In this document: positions 24,201 to 39,200 of the stretch, piece after piece | Layout: each line of letters starts with the position of its first letter | Position numbering within the stretch: the first letter of the stretch is position 1 | Assembly (NCBI RefSeq): GCF_009834535.1 | Contig: NC_045707.1 | Coordinates: 8,060,001 to 8,124,000 of the forward strand | Direction of reading: 5' to 3' | DNA: 64,000 nt | DNA from: Camelus ferus | Taxonomy: Eukaryota | The notes under the pieces: model-generated | Database searches by the model: none | Told to the model about the DNA's origin: nothing | What the model saw: the letters and a program-made list of their open reading frames with translations, nothing else | Translations under genes and position numbers: made by a program

Positions 24201-27200
24201 CTGAGGCCCCTAGCACTTAGAGCGATTGGAAGTGAGCCCCGTCTGCCTGCCCACGATGGCGTCTCCTGCCACGCGGAGCTGCTCAGGTTCAGCTTGGGAA
24301 GCGGAGGGCTGGAGTTGACCTGGCCTCGGGTGTTGCCAGGTGAGGTGGACACAAGTCAGTGAGTTTTAGTGGTGGGCCTGGGTAAGGAGGGAGCACGGGC
24401 AGGAGGGAATGAGGGGGCCGTTTGTAGGTCTTGCTGGTGTCAAAGATTTGGGGGGCTGGTGCGAGAGGGAGCCGGTGGGAAGACGTAGGTGGGGGGTTGA
24501 CTGGGAGCCTTGGGCGCTTGTGGTCCTGAGGTCCCTGGGGACATGAGGCACAGTGGGGTTGTCTCAGGTGGGTAGTCAGCTCTGTTATTGCCCCCTTGTT
24601 AGGTCTGCGCCCTGGGTTGTGACTGGCAGGCAGGCGGAGGGGGATGGAGGACGGGTGCCGGGGTAACCGGGGGCTCTCAGTCGGGAGGGGAGCTGCCCCC
24701 AGAGCGCCCGGGGCCTTTGATCTGTAGCATCTGTCATGTGGTTGAACAAGGACTTGGATTTCTCAGAATAGTGTCCATTGGGCCTGCTCTGCCCACTCTG
24801 TCCCAGTTTTCGTCTGTTGTCCTTCCTACTGAAGCTTCTAAAAAAGAGGTATCTGAGTAGCTTCAAAGGGCATGGGAATTTGCAAGTCCGAGAGACGGCA
24901 GGAAGGGGAAGAGTGTGGGGGGTGCTCAGGAGACGTGGGGCAGGGGACGTGACGAGGGCCCGGGGTGAGGCCCCAGGGAGCCTCTTCGTGCTGTAAGGCA
25001 TCACGGGGTCGGGCTTGTGTGTGGATTACGTGGGCGTGGAGGTTGGATCCCTGACCGAGGGTTAGGTCACTGCCCCTGACCTGTGAGAGACAGGGCTCTG
25101 TCCCTCAGGACTGGGTGGGCAGTTTGTGTCTCTTCGCACTTCTTAATGGCAGGAACAGTGTACCCTGAGCCTGCCTTTCCTGCGACGCCTGGGTCCTCAG
25201 CCCCCTTGTGCTTTGCGGCTCAGCCAAAGAGACCTGGGCAGCTGCAGAATCACTTGTCCGGGACCACGGCTGGTCCCGCTGGGCCTGGGGGAGACGAGGT
25301 TGCTGCCCTGCGTGGGGGCAGGAGCCAGGCCCTGCTTAGGGTTTGGGCTTGTTTTTCACTTGTGTTCAGTATGTCTTTATTTGACATTTGAAGTTGCAAG
25401 TTATAAAAAGTATCCACAAAACTCCTTGACCTGTAGCTCTTCTAGTGCACGAGCCAGGTGTCCCCTCCTGCAGCCCGCGTGCCCCCGCCCAGGGCTCGGC
25501 GCGCCGCAGGGGCTGGGCCCGGGGCCAGCGACCAGGTCTCAGTGCGGCTTCTGTCTGCCGACGCTCATTGGAATGGAAGCAACGCTGGAGTAAAACGATT
25601 GTTTGTTTATATTTCCATAGGTTTTCTCAGCGTCTCTCTGGGGTGGAATGTTGGTACCCATGGGTGATAAGCCATCAAGTATTGCCGATAGGTAAGTAAC
25701 AGGGGAGGACTGGGTAGTTTGCGGACGGTTTCCTTTGGGTCTTTCTGGTTGGTTTCCTTTCAAGATATTTTAGAGAAGTTTAACTATTGAGGAAAGCAGA
25801 TATTTCAAATTTTAATGTAGTTTTTGTGTTTAAGCTCATTTCAGAATACCCAGTATATCTCATAGTTAATATTTTTTTGCCTTTTGGGGGAGAGGTAGAG
25901 TTAACTCACTTTATTATATTAACAGTTTTCTATTCTCTTCTGAGTATGAAAGAATACAGTTCATAGATGTTGTAGAAATATAAAAATAGAGAAACATTTT
26001 AGGAAGTAGAACAGTCCTGCTCAGTGATAAGCAGAGTTAGCATTTGGGACTACAGTGACTCCTGAACGACCCTGGGGGGTTCATCCGAGTATAATTTACA
26101 GTCGGCCCTCTGCACCCACGGTTCCTTCACATCCGCAGATTAAGCCAAGCACCGACCGTGCAGCACTGTAGTATTTGCTGTTGCAAAATACCCGTGTACG
26201 GGAGGACCTGTGCAGGTCAGACCTGCCTTGCTCACGGGTCAACTGTTTCCTCTTACTCGGTTTCCTTGTGCAGGTGTATGTGTGTGTGTGCACATAAGTT
26301 TATGCACACATCTATATGGTTGATACACTGTGTTTTGCATACAGTTTTGTGTCCTCTGCTTTCTAAAAATTATAGAGTAAATCATTCATCAAATCATGGG
26401 AAATTTTTCATAAGCAGCGTTTTAATGCTTCATTATTTGCATATAAGTAACCCTGTGAAGAACATAAACTTGTGAATAATTTTTGTTCATTTTATTTTCT
26501 GAGGAGCGACTCCTCAGTGTGGAATCACTATCTCAAAAGAATAAGAGCATTTTGAAGGCTCGTAAAGAGCAGTGCTGGAGCCTGCCTGTCAGGAAGCTCC
26601 TGGCGGCTTCGGCTCCCGCCGGCAGTGTGTGAAGTTGTACCTGTTGCTTATTATCGGTTGCTCTTAATAGAAATACTGACGGTTACCTTGGAGCCGAGGA
26701 ACTCTTTCATCTTGCATTAGTTAAAGTGTTGTTTTACCCTTTTCAGATGGCAGTTTGGAAGTAGAAAAAATTTTTTTAACTCCAAATTCTGGAGCCTAAC
26801 ATTTTCACCTCCGTGAATCTAATGTACAGAAATACATTCCTGAGAGAACAAGGATTTATAGAAAAGGATGTCCATCAGTAGCATTATTGGTAGTCGCAGA
26901 AATTCTAAAACTGCCTCTAGGAAAATGATTAAATTCAAACACAGCTGTTCTAAAGAGACTGTGTAATTGTTTAAAAGGACGAGATGATGTCCGTAAGTGG
27001 AAGTGTACATGGAAGTGTGTTCAGTTGCCTGCTGTCTGGTCAGGGGAATGTGTGTGTGTGTGTGTGTTTGCAGCCACCACACCGAGGGTCTGGAAAGTCA
27101 GCCACCAAACCAGTGACAGCGGTCAGCCCTTGGGGGCGGGGACACAGTGGGCAGATGAAGGGCGAGGAAGAACTTTTTCACTTTTTGTGCTTCCTGGATC

Positions 27201-30200
27201 ATTTTAATTCTTCCAAAAAAATGTATGGAATTTATCATTAAAAAAAAAAAGTAAATGGACGTTGCTCTTTGTTTTTGTAATGAATGTTAATAGGGTATTC
27301 AGAAAGGCTTTGCTTAGAAATCCCAAATAGTAAAAACACATTTATAGACTTTTAAACTCAAGTTCCAATGAATAAATTCACAAAGGCTTTTATCCAGGGG
27401 GACAATCAGAAGAACAGTGCACTGTTCCCTTTGTGCTGCTCCAGACCCAGGGATGTTGGTGGGGCCGCGGGGCCAGTGCTGCTGTCGCCCCCATGGCAGA
27501 CGTGGTGGGAAGATCGGGCACAGCTTCTCTGGTCATTTTAATTCATTGTTTAGTAATTACCAGGGTCTACAGCTGGGTTCTAATGAAAGCTGTTAGATTT
27601 TATAGAAAGTGGACGGGATTTCTAGTAATTTTTTAATTCATGCTTTTCATTTTACTCAGATATAGTTTAAAAGAGTATGATAACCCAGTTCATTAAGAAA
27701 CACAAGGGAGTTCATTAAAAATTTTTTAGTATATACTTTTCTCCTAATTAAAAATCACTATAGAAAATACTAAAAAAATGTAAAATTACAGTACTTCTGT
27801 TTTGGTCTCTTTCTTTCTAGTATTTTCCTCTATTTGTAAAGTTCGGATCATACTGTTACATAATTTGTGTCCCTCTTCTTTTTAAACTTAAGTAACTTAA
27901 GTTTTACCTTAATTATTGTGAGCACGTAGGAGGCTGTTTTGAAAAGGAGCAGCTTAGTGAACTCTTACAAACAGGGACGATTCCTTTACAGCAGACCGTC
28001 CCCTTGAGGGTCTTTATCTGAGCCTTGAAGTTTGAAGTGTTTCTTTAGATGTTTAGATTTGGGTTAGGTTAGAAGTTTGGATTTTTATGAAACTCAGCAC
28101 ACTCCCGGGCATCTTCCAAATTCATGAATGATTCAGCACGGGGAAAGTTGCGGACGAGGCAGGACGCACGTGTGCCTCCTGATGTCGATTGTCCCTGCCG
28201 GCTGTCCTCTGACATCCACCTCCTCTTGCAGATTCTACCTCGGGGGACCCACGAGCGTGCGGGGCTTCAGCATGCACAGCGTCGGGCCGCAGAGCGAAGG
28301 TCTGTTGTCCCCACGATATGTACGCCAAACTGGAAAAACTGAGCTGACGGTGGCATCTCATTTTTGAAAGCATATGTGTGTTTAAACTGCCACAACAGTA
28401 GATGTTCACATGTACCAGTGGAACTGGCACCCGACACAGCATCCACCACACAGCAGGCCAGGAAAGGCGTCTGTGGAGGAAATGATAGAAAACGAGAGAA
28501 CAGAACTAAGCAAAGGTTCACGACCGTGGCCTCTGGTCCCGTTGCCCAGAGCTGACACGTGTGAGCGTCCTATTTAAACACACACGCCCACACATGCGTG
28601 CTGTGTGGACGTGCTGTGTTCTGACCTGGTCCTCCCGCCACCCCGCAGTAACGACGTACAAAAAGACTTTCATACGAACAAGTACTTTACTGTTTTTAAT
28701 GGCTGCTTAATTCGTCTTATTGACAAGCCATGATTTTTTTAAATTAATGGGACTTAAAATTTTTTTTTGAAATACTGATGCGATAACTTTAATATTACGA
28801 TAAGCACGCATTTCAATAAGAAGACCTGGAGGAAGTACAGCACAATGTTAATTATGGTTTTATCTGGGTGATGAGAATTACGAATAATTTTAGTACGTCT
28901 TTTAAAATGCATTTCTGCACTTTCCAAATTTTCTGCAAGTTTCCATTAAGTTTGTTTATTGAGGTATAGATGATTTACAATACTCTGTAAGTTTTAGACG
29001 CACAACAATTTTTACAACAAATTTTTCCGTGGGTCACGATTCTTAAAAGATTCTGTTCCATTTATACTTATTCTAAAACATTGGCTACACCCTGCTGTGT
29101 AATGGGCTTTATTTTTGAGAGCCGTTTTAGGTGAACGGAAAACTTGGGCACAAAGTGCAGTGCTCCGCTGCTCCCGCCCATAGCACCCTTTGTCGGTGGC
29201 ATCTCGCGATCCTGTGGGGCCCTTGTTAGAGCTGAGAGCCAGCGCTGATGTGTGATTGCTGACTAGGTCCCATGTCCACATTAGGGCTCGCTTTGTGTGG
29301 CCTCGTTTCATGGGCTTTGACAAGCGCACAGTGGCGTGTATCTACCATTACAGTACCCCGCAGAAGGGTTTCACCGCCCTAAAAATTCACCACGCTCCAT
29401 CCACCTCTTCATTCCTCCCTCCCTTCTCCCTCCTTACTTCCTGGCAACCACTGACCTTTACTATCTCCATAGTTCTGCCTTTTCCGGAATGGCATATAAT
29501 TGGAATCATGCGGTATGTGCCCTTTTCTGACTGGCCTTCTTGACTAAGCAGTATGCACTTAAGGTTCTCCCATGTCTTTTTTCTTTATAATGTATTTTTT
29601 AGATTTTTGTTTTTACATATAAACATTTAAAAATTTGAATATAAGTGATTTACAATATTACATTAGTTTCAGTTGTACAACCTAGTGATTTGATCCTCCG
29701 TATTTTTTTTATAGCTTGATTGCTCACGTGTTTTTATCACCGAATAATATTCCACTGTGTGGCTGTACCACAGGTTGTTTATCCACTTACCTACTGAAGG
29801 ACAGCTTGCCTGCAGGACTCCCAGTCTTTGGCAATTACGAGTAAAGCTGACATAAACATCTATGTGCAGTTTTTTATTTGGACATAAGGTTTCAGCTCAT
29901 TTGGGTAAATATCAAGGAGCCCAATCGCTGGATTGTATGGTAGAACTATGTTTAGCTTTGTAAGGAACTGCCAGATTGTCTTCCAAAATAGCTCTAGCAT
30001 TTTGCATTCCCAGCAGCAGTAAATCAGAAAGACAAAAGCCTGGTGATCTTTCATGGCTGCTTGCTTCATCCTCCCACCTTACTGCAGTCTTTATAGACCA
30101 GACCCCAAGATTCAGACGTTTAGACTGGTTCCTTTTCCCTTAGAATTATATAACAATGTGCCAGCAAATAGCCTAACTGAATCTCTGTGTTCGTCTGTAA

Positions 30201-33200
30201 GTTTTACTTTATAACATAAAGCTCCAGATGCGGACTCGCTAGATCAAAGGGTTTTGAGATTCTTCAGTTTTCATATTGGTCTCTGGAAAGTTTGTCTCAC
30301 TCATACTCTCCCCCAGCAGTGAGTGAGAATTCCTGTTTCTGGAACTGTCTCTAATACTTGACATTTTGTCAGAGGATCTCCACATGTATTAGAATCTTTA
30401 AAAACATCATTTAAATGGATGCATGTTCTTTTAGAGTGATTTAGTAGTATGTGTCTCTCTCTTTTTTTTGAAAAGTAACAGTTTCTTTTAGTGACTGTGA
30501 AAGTTTTGGAATCTGATTTAATTTGCTTGAAAGTTAAAACATAAATTCCTTAATAAAAGGCCATTGGTAAGATTCCATGGGAAGAACGTAAATTGCTGTA
30601 ACTTCTCGTGAATGCAGTTTGACAATTTGTATCAAAAGCCTAAAACATATGAGCAAGGACTATTGAAAATAATAGTCCCAAACTATCTTCACACTGTGGA
30701 ATATTACACAGCAGTGAGGATGAACAAGTTAGAGCCTCTGGCTGGATGGCACGAATGAGCATTGGAAACGTGCCCCCCACCCCCTAAAAAAAAGCCAGAC
30801 CCAGAGGGTGCATGCTGTGTGATTCCATCCGTGTGATTTGTAGACATGGTGAGATGGTCTGTGCCGTCGGACGCCAGCTGCACTTGGCCTGAGTGGTAGG
30901 TTGTGATTACAAAGGAGAACAGGGCCTTCTGGGGGCTGCACGTGTCTGTTTCTCAGTCTAGGTGCTCACTATAGGCTGTGCTCCGTGTGTGGAGTCACTG
31001 AGCCGTATACACTTAGGTGTATGTACTTTGTGTGTGTTTTACTTCAAGACTGTTTAAAATGTGTGTGTGCAAGGAAGCCCATCACCTCTTCACGTCCACT
31101 GTCAAGTTCAGCACCAATATGGCAGCAGTCAAAGGATAGGTCATTATATTACAGCACATATAAGTGATTATTCAGGCATCAAGATCACATTTTCAAAGAA
31201 TACAAAGTATTAGAGGGAAGTGCTTACAGTATATTAAACAAACAAAAAGCCAGGATAAAATGACTCACATTTTATTTTCTTATTATTCGTTACAATTCAC
31301 TGGACAAAAGAACACCAGGGTGTTAGCTGGTTATCTCAGAATGCTGGAATTAAAGGAGAATTTCCTTTTTTTCCTGCTTCTATGTATTTATCAGATTTCC
31401 CACAATGAGTATATTACTTTTGTGATTAAAGTAAAATAGGTTATTTAAGAAAAGAGAGTGACACTTGCTGGGAAAGGAAGGCAGACCTGGCTGACCTCCT
31501 GTTACCTGTTCAGTCTTTGTTTCCTCTGGAGCTTTAGTATCAATAGGGACGGAGGAGGTGCTGGAGTCTTTAAGCAAATAAGCAGCTCATTCCTTGAGGC
31601 TGATCTTGGAGGCAACCCGTATTTTTCTCTTTCATGGTCTGTCATTTTGTATTAAAGGAGACTAAGACACTTTATAAAGAGTCTTTTGTAGCAAAGTATA
31701 CACATTTTTTTGTTGTTGTTGTTGCTTTAATGTTGAGGCTCTTTGTAGTTAAAATGGAATGGTTAGGAACATTTTTAGAAATAACACATATGTGTGCTCT
31801 CAGTGGATAGTCTTGAATTTTGGCAAAGGTAACCTTTGTCCAAAAAAAAAAAAAAAAAAAACCCGCAAGTGGTCCTGAATCTTTAAAAATGAGCGTCTTT
31901 ATAGAGCCGAGCTAGGACGGCTTCCTTGTGCAGTGGGTGGGTAGCAGATTCTTCCTGGTTCTGTACAGCCGTTTCCAGGAACTGCAGAGGCACTTTGTGT
32001 ACCTTGTGTCTCTGTATCGTGGTCTTAACATTTGCAAAATAATGCATTTCTTTGCCAAGTGACAGTGACTGGTCACCCGCAGCTGTGGAAGAAGTGGTTT
32101 GCAAGAGTTTACTTATTTTATTCCGAGCATGTTACAGATACGATAAATTCCTGATTTCATTCTTTCCTAATTACACACTAGCTTTTTTTTTTTTTTCAGT
32201 TAAAGCAAATTATAAAAGCAGGAGAAGAAGATCATTTTAGAAAGATGGTTTGAAATGAGGCCAGCAGGAGTTAGAAGAGCAGCTGCTCGCAGACGCGGGC
32301 ACGGAGTGCGGTGGGCACAGCACGCGTCTCGCTCGTGAAAATGGTGGCACATCAGTGTGATTTTGAGCCTGTGACCTCGTTCTGATCTGCACTCCTTGCT
32401 CACCTAGGAGACTACCTGGGCGGAGAGGCGTACTGGGCCGGCGGCCTGCACCTGTACACCCCGTTGCCTTTCCGACCGGGCCAGGGCGGCTTCGGAGAGC
32501 TGTTCAGAACACACTTTTTCCTCAACGCGGGAAACCTGTGCAACCTCAACTACGGTAAAGCCGGGACCGCGGGGCAGCCCCGCGGCGCGGGCAGCCCGTG
32601 TGAGAGTGCGGGGCACGGCAGGTGTCCGCGCCTCACTCAGATTACGTCATCTAAAGTGCAGGGGCTGCGCGCTCCGTGGCTCCCACACCCCTGATGCAGT
32701 GCCCAGAGTAAAGGTGTTGGCTGAATGAATGAAAAAAGCGGGAAAAATCATCTAGTGCTGTCTTACATTAAAAGTCTATTTATTGAGCAGACTTGCTCGA
32801 GCCCCTACTCTGTGCCAGTCATTAAGGCCCCAGAGCTGAGCGCGAACTGGTCCCTTGTCTGGGTGCTCAGGGCCCAAGAGTCACAGGTGCGTCCAGCTAG
32901 GAGGGCGTGGGGAGGGGTCTGGAAACCAGGGCCTGGAGTAGGGCTTCCCGGGTGGTCAGCGGCCGGGGAAATGCCATTCGAGGCAAAGGGAGCAGAATGT
33001 GCCAGCCATGAGAATGGGGAGGAAGTGCGGCCTCCAGCCCGCTTGGCTTTGGCCCTGTCTCACTTCATTCATTCTCCTCGACTGTCTAGGCCTGGCTTGA
33101 GAAATCACCGGAGGCCACACAGCGGGGAGGGAGGCAGGACTTACCCGAGGGCAGCAGGGGCCACGTGCCGTAGCTCACGTCCCTCTTCTCGCTTTTCAGG

Positions 33201-36200
33201 GGAGGGCCCCAAAGCTCACATTCGGAAGCTGGCGGAGTGCATCCGCTGGTCTTACGGTGCCGGGATCGTCCTCAGGCTCGGCAACATCGCGCGGCTGGAG
33301 CTGAATTACTGCGTCCCCATGGGCGTGCAGGGGGGCGACAGGTGGGTGCAGGCGTTCCTCTCCACTGGTCCATGGCTCTTTCTTGTCACGGTACTTTGTT
33401 TTGGACATTAGTTAATATCTCACCAGTGGCCTTTAAGACTCAAGACTTCAGGGAAAATTGAATCGTTAGCAGAAGAATGAAAACACCCGTGTTTTTCTCT
33501 GTTGGATTTCTCCCCATCCAGTGTGAGGGAAAATGTGCTGTGTCCCGGTCCCCCGCCTCACACTGTGGGCACTCGTGCCCAAGGAGCAGGAGCTCCTCTC
33601 CCGGCCTGGCTGGCGGCGGCCGCTGGCGTCGCTGACCCTGCGCTGAGGGCAGAGAGAGATGTTGCGGGCGGTGACAGCAGCCAGGAGCTCGGAGGTCGGG
33701 GTGGGCACAGAGGCTCCCGCCGCAGAGGCCGTGCTCCCCAGGCCGCTCCCTGCAGTGGTTTGCACCCGCCCTCTTGGCCTTTCTCCACCAGTCATTTTAC
33801 TGAACAAGGTTTGCTGGGTATTACATGGATGAACATGGTATAAGGCCATTTATATTTATGGAAGTTGATTTTGTTCTTGAATTATTCGGTATGTGTTGTA
33901 GAACTTTTAAGAAGTCCGAAGTGCTGTCCTCAGTAGTACACGCGGTCGGCCCGGCGAGTGTGACAGCCCCACAGTCCGGGGCCTTCCCGGCAGGCGTTTC
34001 CGCCTCACGTCTGGAGGCCGGGAAGCCCCGGGTCAGGGCGCCGGCAGATCTGGGCCCTGATGAAGGGTCCTCTGCCTGGTCTGCAGATGGCACCTTCCCT
34101 CTGTGTCCTTACTTGGCAGAGAGAGAGCAGGCTCTGTGGTGTCTCTTATGAAGACACTCATCCCACCACGCGGGCCCCATCTTGAATGAGGCACCTCATC
34201 TCAGGTGCCATAATGGCCTCCCAAAGGCCCCACCTCCAGATACTGTCACCTGGCGGGGGTGGGCGTTGAGTGCTTCCGCACAGAGGGCCTGGGGGACACA
34301 GACATGCCGCCCATGACCTTGTGTTCCTGTTTTCATGCTCACCCATCTCAGCGCTCTAGGCTACTTTTTTTTCTTTTGGGTGTTCTGTCTATAGTCAGCC
34401 ACGGTGCTGAGTCACAGCCCAGGTTTCAAGCATGAAGCTGTGGTTTGTCCTGGTTTAAGGAAATGCTCTGCAGCTTTACTCCCACTGTCTCCTTCAGCCT
34501 GGTGGGTGATGGCGTTTTGAAAGGAGCACATTAGAAAGCTTTTAACAAAGCGTTAGTTCTCAGGTGCAGTTCGGTGTCTGTCGTCCAGACCTGCAGGCCG
34601 CCTGGATGGTGGTCTGCTCTCCGCTCTCGCCAGAAGGTGCTTTGGGCTGGGGCTGCCGTGCCTCCCTCGTGGTGTTGGGGCACCCTCAGCTCGCAGCTGC
34701 TCCGTAGACTGTTAATCCCCCTCCACACCTTGTGCTCGGCGCAGAGCACATGCTGAGAAGGGTCTGGTTGCACAGGCTGAGTGTGCGCTGGAGTCCAGCT
34801 TGTCTGCTCTCTGGGCGTGTGGCCTGGGGTAAGTTACTTAACCTCTCTGGGTCTCCGTTTTCACGTCCGGAGAATGGGCACTATTGGTAGTGATTACTTT
34901 GCAGGTTTGAGGACTAAATGCATGAACACATGCACTGCTCATAGAGCAGTGCCTGGCGTGTAGTCAGCAAGGCTGGTTATTTCTCGTGTTGTTCCTGCTC
35001 CTGGTGCGCTCAGCCCGGCCGCCTGTTTACGTAGGAAGCAGACCGTGCCCCCTCGCCTCTGTGGTGTCACAGTATGGCTGGCACCTGGCTGACTGTGTTT
35101 GAGACATGCTGTAGATGGGGTGTTGTGTCCTGATTTCAGGGCTGGGCACTTTTTTCTAGAAGAGGGTTTTGCATTAGGTAACAGCAGAGATTCTTCAAAT
35201 GTTTTTGGTAAATAAAGCTAATTTTGCAGGTTGCTTTCTGTAAAGCCATATTCCCACCAGAGGTATGGACTTAAGGCTCCTTGGCTTAACGACCAGGTGC
35301 TAGTGGAATCCTGGCAGAGAGCCAGGGGTGGGGAGCGTCTGACCAGCTCCACGTCTCTTCTGAGAGCAATTAGAACATTTGGGGCAGGAAGGTGATCGAT
35401 CACTGGTACTTACTGATGCTTACCTTGTGGGAGGCACCAAGCTAAGCACGGCTTTTGCCGGATGAGGAAACCGAGACTGGGAAGTGTCAGCCGTCGGTCA
35501 GCGGCAGCTCCGGGGTGGGGAGGGCCTGCCCGTTGAGGCCGGAGTGTGAGCTCTGTCCTCTGCACCAGAGCACAGGTGGACCAGAGCCCAGCTCCCCACC
35601 GCTCCCTGCAGGACAGGGCGTGGGGAGGCTGCAGTCACCCTCACCTCGGGCATCGACCGCAGAAAGACAAGAATCACCCTCTTCTTGCTTGTGTCCTCGT
35701 TCAAACTTCAGTTCTGTACCAACTTCTCTGTCTCAGAGAATACATTGCTGTTTCCGTGACGATCCATTGGTGTGGATTAACCGTGTTTAATGTTAGTCCA
35801 TATTATACAAGTCAGTACGTGATAAACGTGTGTAATGACAGAGAAGCCTGGCAGCGCCTGCAGGTTTTCAGCCGCAGCCTTAGTGTCTGTTTCACCATGA
35901 CTGACCATCAGCCCCGAGGAGTGACCGGGGTCCCTGGACTGGCCTTGAGGCAGCTGCGACTGGCCTGGCTGGCCTGTGGGTGGGGCTGCGCGGCTGGCCC
36001 CCGCCCTGTCCCTCCCTGGCTGTGTGATCCTCGGGTCCTGCCTCCTGCCAGTTCTGGGCCTCCTGCCCTTCAGACGGGAAGGTGGGGCGCGGCCACCCCG
36101 CGTTGCGGCCGCGTGTGGCTGCAGTGCCGCCGGCGGCCGCTGGGTGTCAGTGTGCTCCCGGAATCAGCGGTGCTGCCCTCCGAGCCTCCCGCTTCACCTT

Positions 36201-39200
36201 CCCGCTCTGCCTCGCTCCCCTCAGGTTACCTCTGAAAAGCGTGTTTCAGACATTAATTTCAAACGTGGTTTCTCCCGGGAGGAGGAAGCTTGCTGTGCGT
36301 ACGGTATTTAAAGACCAGAGCATAAGGAGGCGCGTTCCCCCGGCGGCGGCAGCTCTGGGACCGAGGTGGCTGCAGCAGATGCTCCCCGTGTGCGGCGTCC
36401 TGCACGGGGCGTGCCCTTCGCTCAGTGTGAGGCTTTGTTTGAAGTCTTAGCATCCAAATTGGAATTTTGTGACGTTTGAGTGATGTCGCCAGCGCTTAAT
36501 CTTCATTTCTAAAATTAGGCGACTAGCAGGATGGGAGTTATGTGCGTTCAGTTCATCCGTAGATACCCCCTCCCCCGCTCAGTTAATGCCGTCACTCTAT
36601 AGTTAGGGTTTCAGACCTTTACAGAAGTGGCAACGGGTCTGAAATGTTTGCTGAGTTTTCTACCTGATGTGCTTGGTGGCACCGTTGTCTCTGGGGTCCA
36701 GGAGCGGTCTGTCGCTCTGTGTCTTACTGAGTGTGGTCCCTGGAGATCCCTAATGACTAAGGTGGCTCCCTGGGAGGGCAGCTCATGGCTAGTAACGGAG
36801 AAAGACGGGGAAGAGGATCATGGTGGCTGGGGTGGGCGTGAGAGGGCCTCCTGGAGGAGGTGACACCTGAGCTGAAGCTTCTGGAAGAACCACTAGGGAC
36901 TTGGAGGGGAGAGCCTTCCAGGCCACTGAACAGCTGGAGCCAAGGTGTGGACACATGAGATGCCAGCAGGTACCAGCTGACACTTCCACAGGTGCAGAAG
37001 TGAGGAGTGGGGTGGCCCTTGAATGCCAGGTGGAGCCTAAGGCTCAATCCTGTCCCCTTCCTGGCTCTGCCTTCCAGACTCTCTGGCCTTTTCCCTTTGG
37101 GCACACCCTGAGGTCTCCGCGTCCTGGCCCTCGTCTGCGCTGACTTCCCCATGCTGAGGCTGGCGCCCATTCCCCGAGTGACGGCTGGGTGCGAGGTGGG
37201 AGCCTGTTGAAGAAGCGTTGCTCCCAGTGCTGGGGGCCATGTGCAGGGCGCTGAACACGTAGCAGCAGCTGGGGGCCCGGGCCCTGGCGTGACCTTCGTC
37301 AACACCCTCTGGTGGTGTGGAGCCAGAGGTGGGGCAATGCAGGCAGGGAGGCCTCCAGGGCCGCGCTGCACTCACACAGCCAGGGCTGCCCACAGCAGGC
37401 GGTGGGAGGGGGGGACGGGGTGCTGTTTTGAGGTGCCTGCTGTGTGGAGCCACAAGAACGCAGGGCACAGCGGTCAAGACAGGAAGATGGGCTTCTGGCG
37501 AGGCTGGCTGGGTGCCCCGCGTCCTGTGGCTGCCCCCGTGGTGCCATTCGGGGTATCCGCAGTGGGCCTTTCCCCTGTGCCGCGCGTATATGCCTCCGGT
37601 CATAAGCCTGTGCTCGTACAGCTGCTTGATCCGTTCGCAGTTCGAGTGGACGAGCCCCTACTAGCACCCTGCTTGTTTCTGAGTCTTGTAAGCCCAGGGC
37701 TTGACTTACTTTTCTTGTAGCTCATTTTCAGATTGTTTTCTTAATGGTGAATGCAGGCATAGAGCACTTTGATGACCTGACCGTGTAAGGTGTAAAAGCC
37801 GGTTGTTCAGATCTGAGTCGCACTAAGTAATACAAACACAGTCGCAGTTTTGACGGCGGATCTTTGCCTTTTAAGGGCAGGGTGAGGTCTGCTCAGGATC
37901 GCGGGGACTGCGTCTGTCCCTTGCAGTTGGACGGCTTCTGCTGATGCAGCTGGTTAGTGAGCACCCTTGACCCTGCGGGAGGGCAGGAGCAGCAGTAACG
38001 ATTCTGTCTTGAATCTGTTAATTGATGAGATATTTTGATCCCTCGCTCATTCAGGTTGAAAAAGAACAACTTGCTGCCAGTTTTCATAGGCTGTAAATCT
38101 GGAGATTGGGTTAGGGCACAGGTGTTATGACAACAGAAATACCAGCTTTCCTCTGAAGGAAGGAGCCATTCTTGTCCAGTTTTTCTAGAAACTGCCCACA
38201 ACTTGTGAAGACGCCACGTTCCACAAACGCTCCGTCAGCTGCTGGTTGGGATTAGGACTGTGGTTTTTCCCTGAAGCGTCTGCTTCCTGGTGTCTAGGCC
38301 CCCGGGTTAGGCCCTTTGTTCTGTGTGCAGCACTGGTCCTGCCCCCGAGCACAGCCAGCAGGTGGGTCGCGTTGCCTTGGGCGACTGTGGGAGTCCATCC
38401 TCCACGCCGTGGGGCAGTCTGGGCCTGGCGGTGGTACGCCAGCCTCGCTGTGGAATCTCAGAACACAGGGGCCCACGCCGTGGCGGCGAGTCTCACCCTG
38501 AGTGCATCCGGGGTGTGCACCAGGCCGTCGGGGAGGCAGGAGGACCCGTAGCTGCGCATCCTCCCTCGCAGCTGAGGCGGCAGGGCCCGCGGGCGCACAT
38601 GCGTCTGGTCCAGAGTCCTGCTCGGCTGCTCCTGCTGTGTGACCGCAGTCCTGTTCTCACTGCTCTGCCCGTTCGTGCATCTGGAAATGGGCTCAGTGGT
38701 CTGTCAGCCGGTCCCGACAGCACAGGGAACAGAACCTATGGAGCATCCGCGGCCAGCAAGTGTCGCAGCCACATCACCTGTTTGCAGCCTTTCCTGGGTC
38801 AGAGCAGGCTGTAAAGAGCGGTCAGGGAAACCCTGTGGGCTGAGCACTGCCATCGCCGTAAGCCCCTGGGACCCTTCGAGGTCTGGGCTGCCCCGAGCTC
38901 CGCCGTCCCCCCGCTCCCTCCTCTCCGCCTCCCCGCTCGCTGCCGTGCTTCCTCCCAGTGCCCTCCCGTCCATCCTCTCTGTCCTCCCACCGCGCCCGGC
39001 CCTCCTGGGCGCTGTGCTTTGCCGGGTGCCCTTCCATGGCCACATCTCTCATCACTGCTCTGCTCTCTCAGAAGGGACCGCACGACTCCCCTCTTGCCTG
39101 ATAGCCTTAGAGAGAAACACAAAGCTTGCCCCCCCCCCCCGGGGCTCTGTTGTTCATAACTATTTCTCTCTGAAGCCCTTTTCTCTTGTCACCAGTTGGG

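Noticed and set aside
32725-33411. 228-aa ORF
   Set aside because: Only the part at 33200-33341 is real (SAMM50 exon 14); the rest is open intron sequence.
35546-36311. 229-aa and overlapping ORFs in SAMM50 intron 14
   Set aside because: GC-rich low-complexity translation, no homology recognised, no supporting splice architecture.
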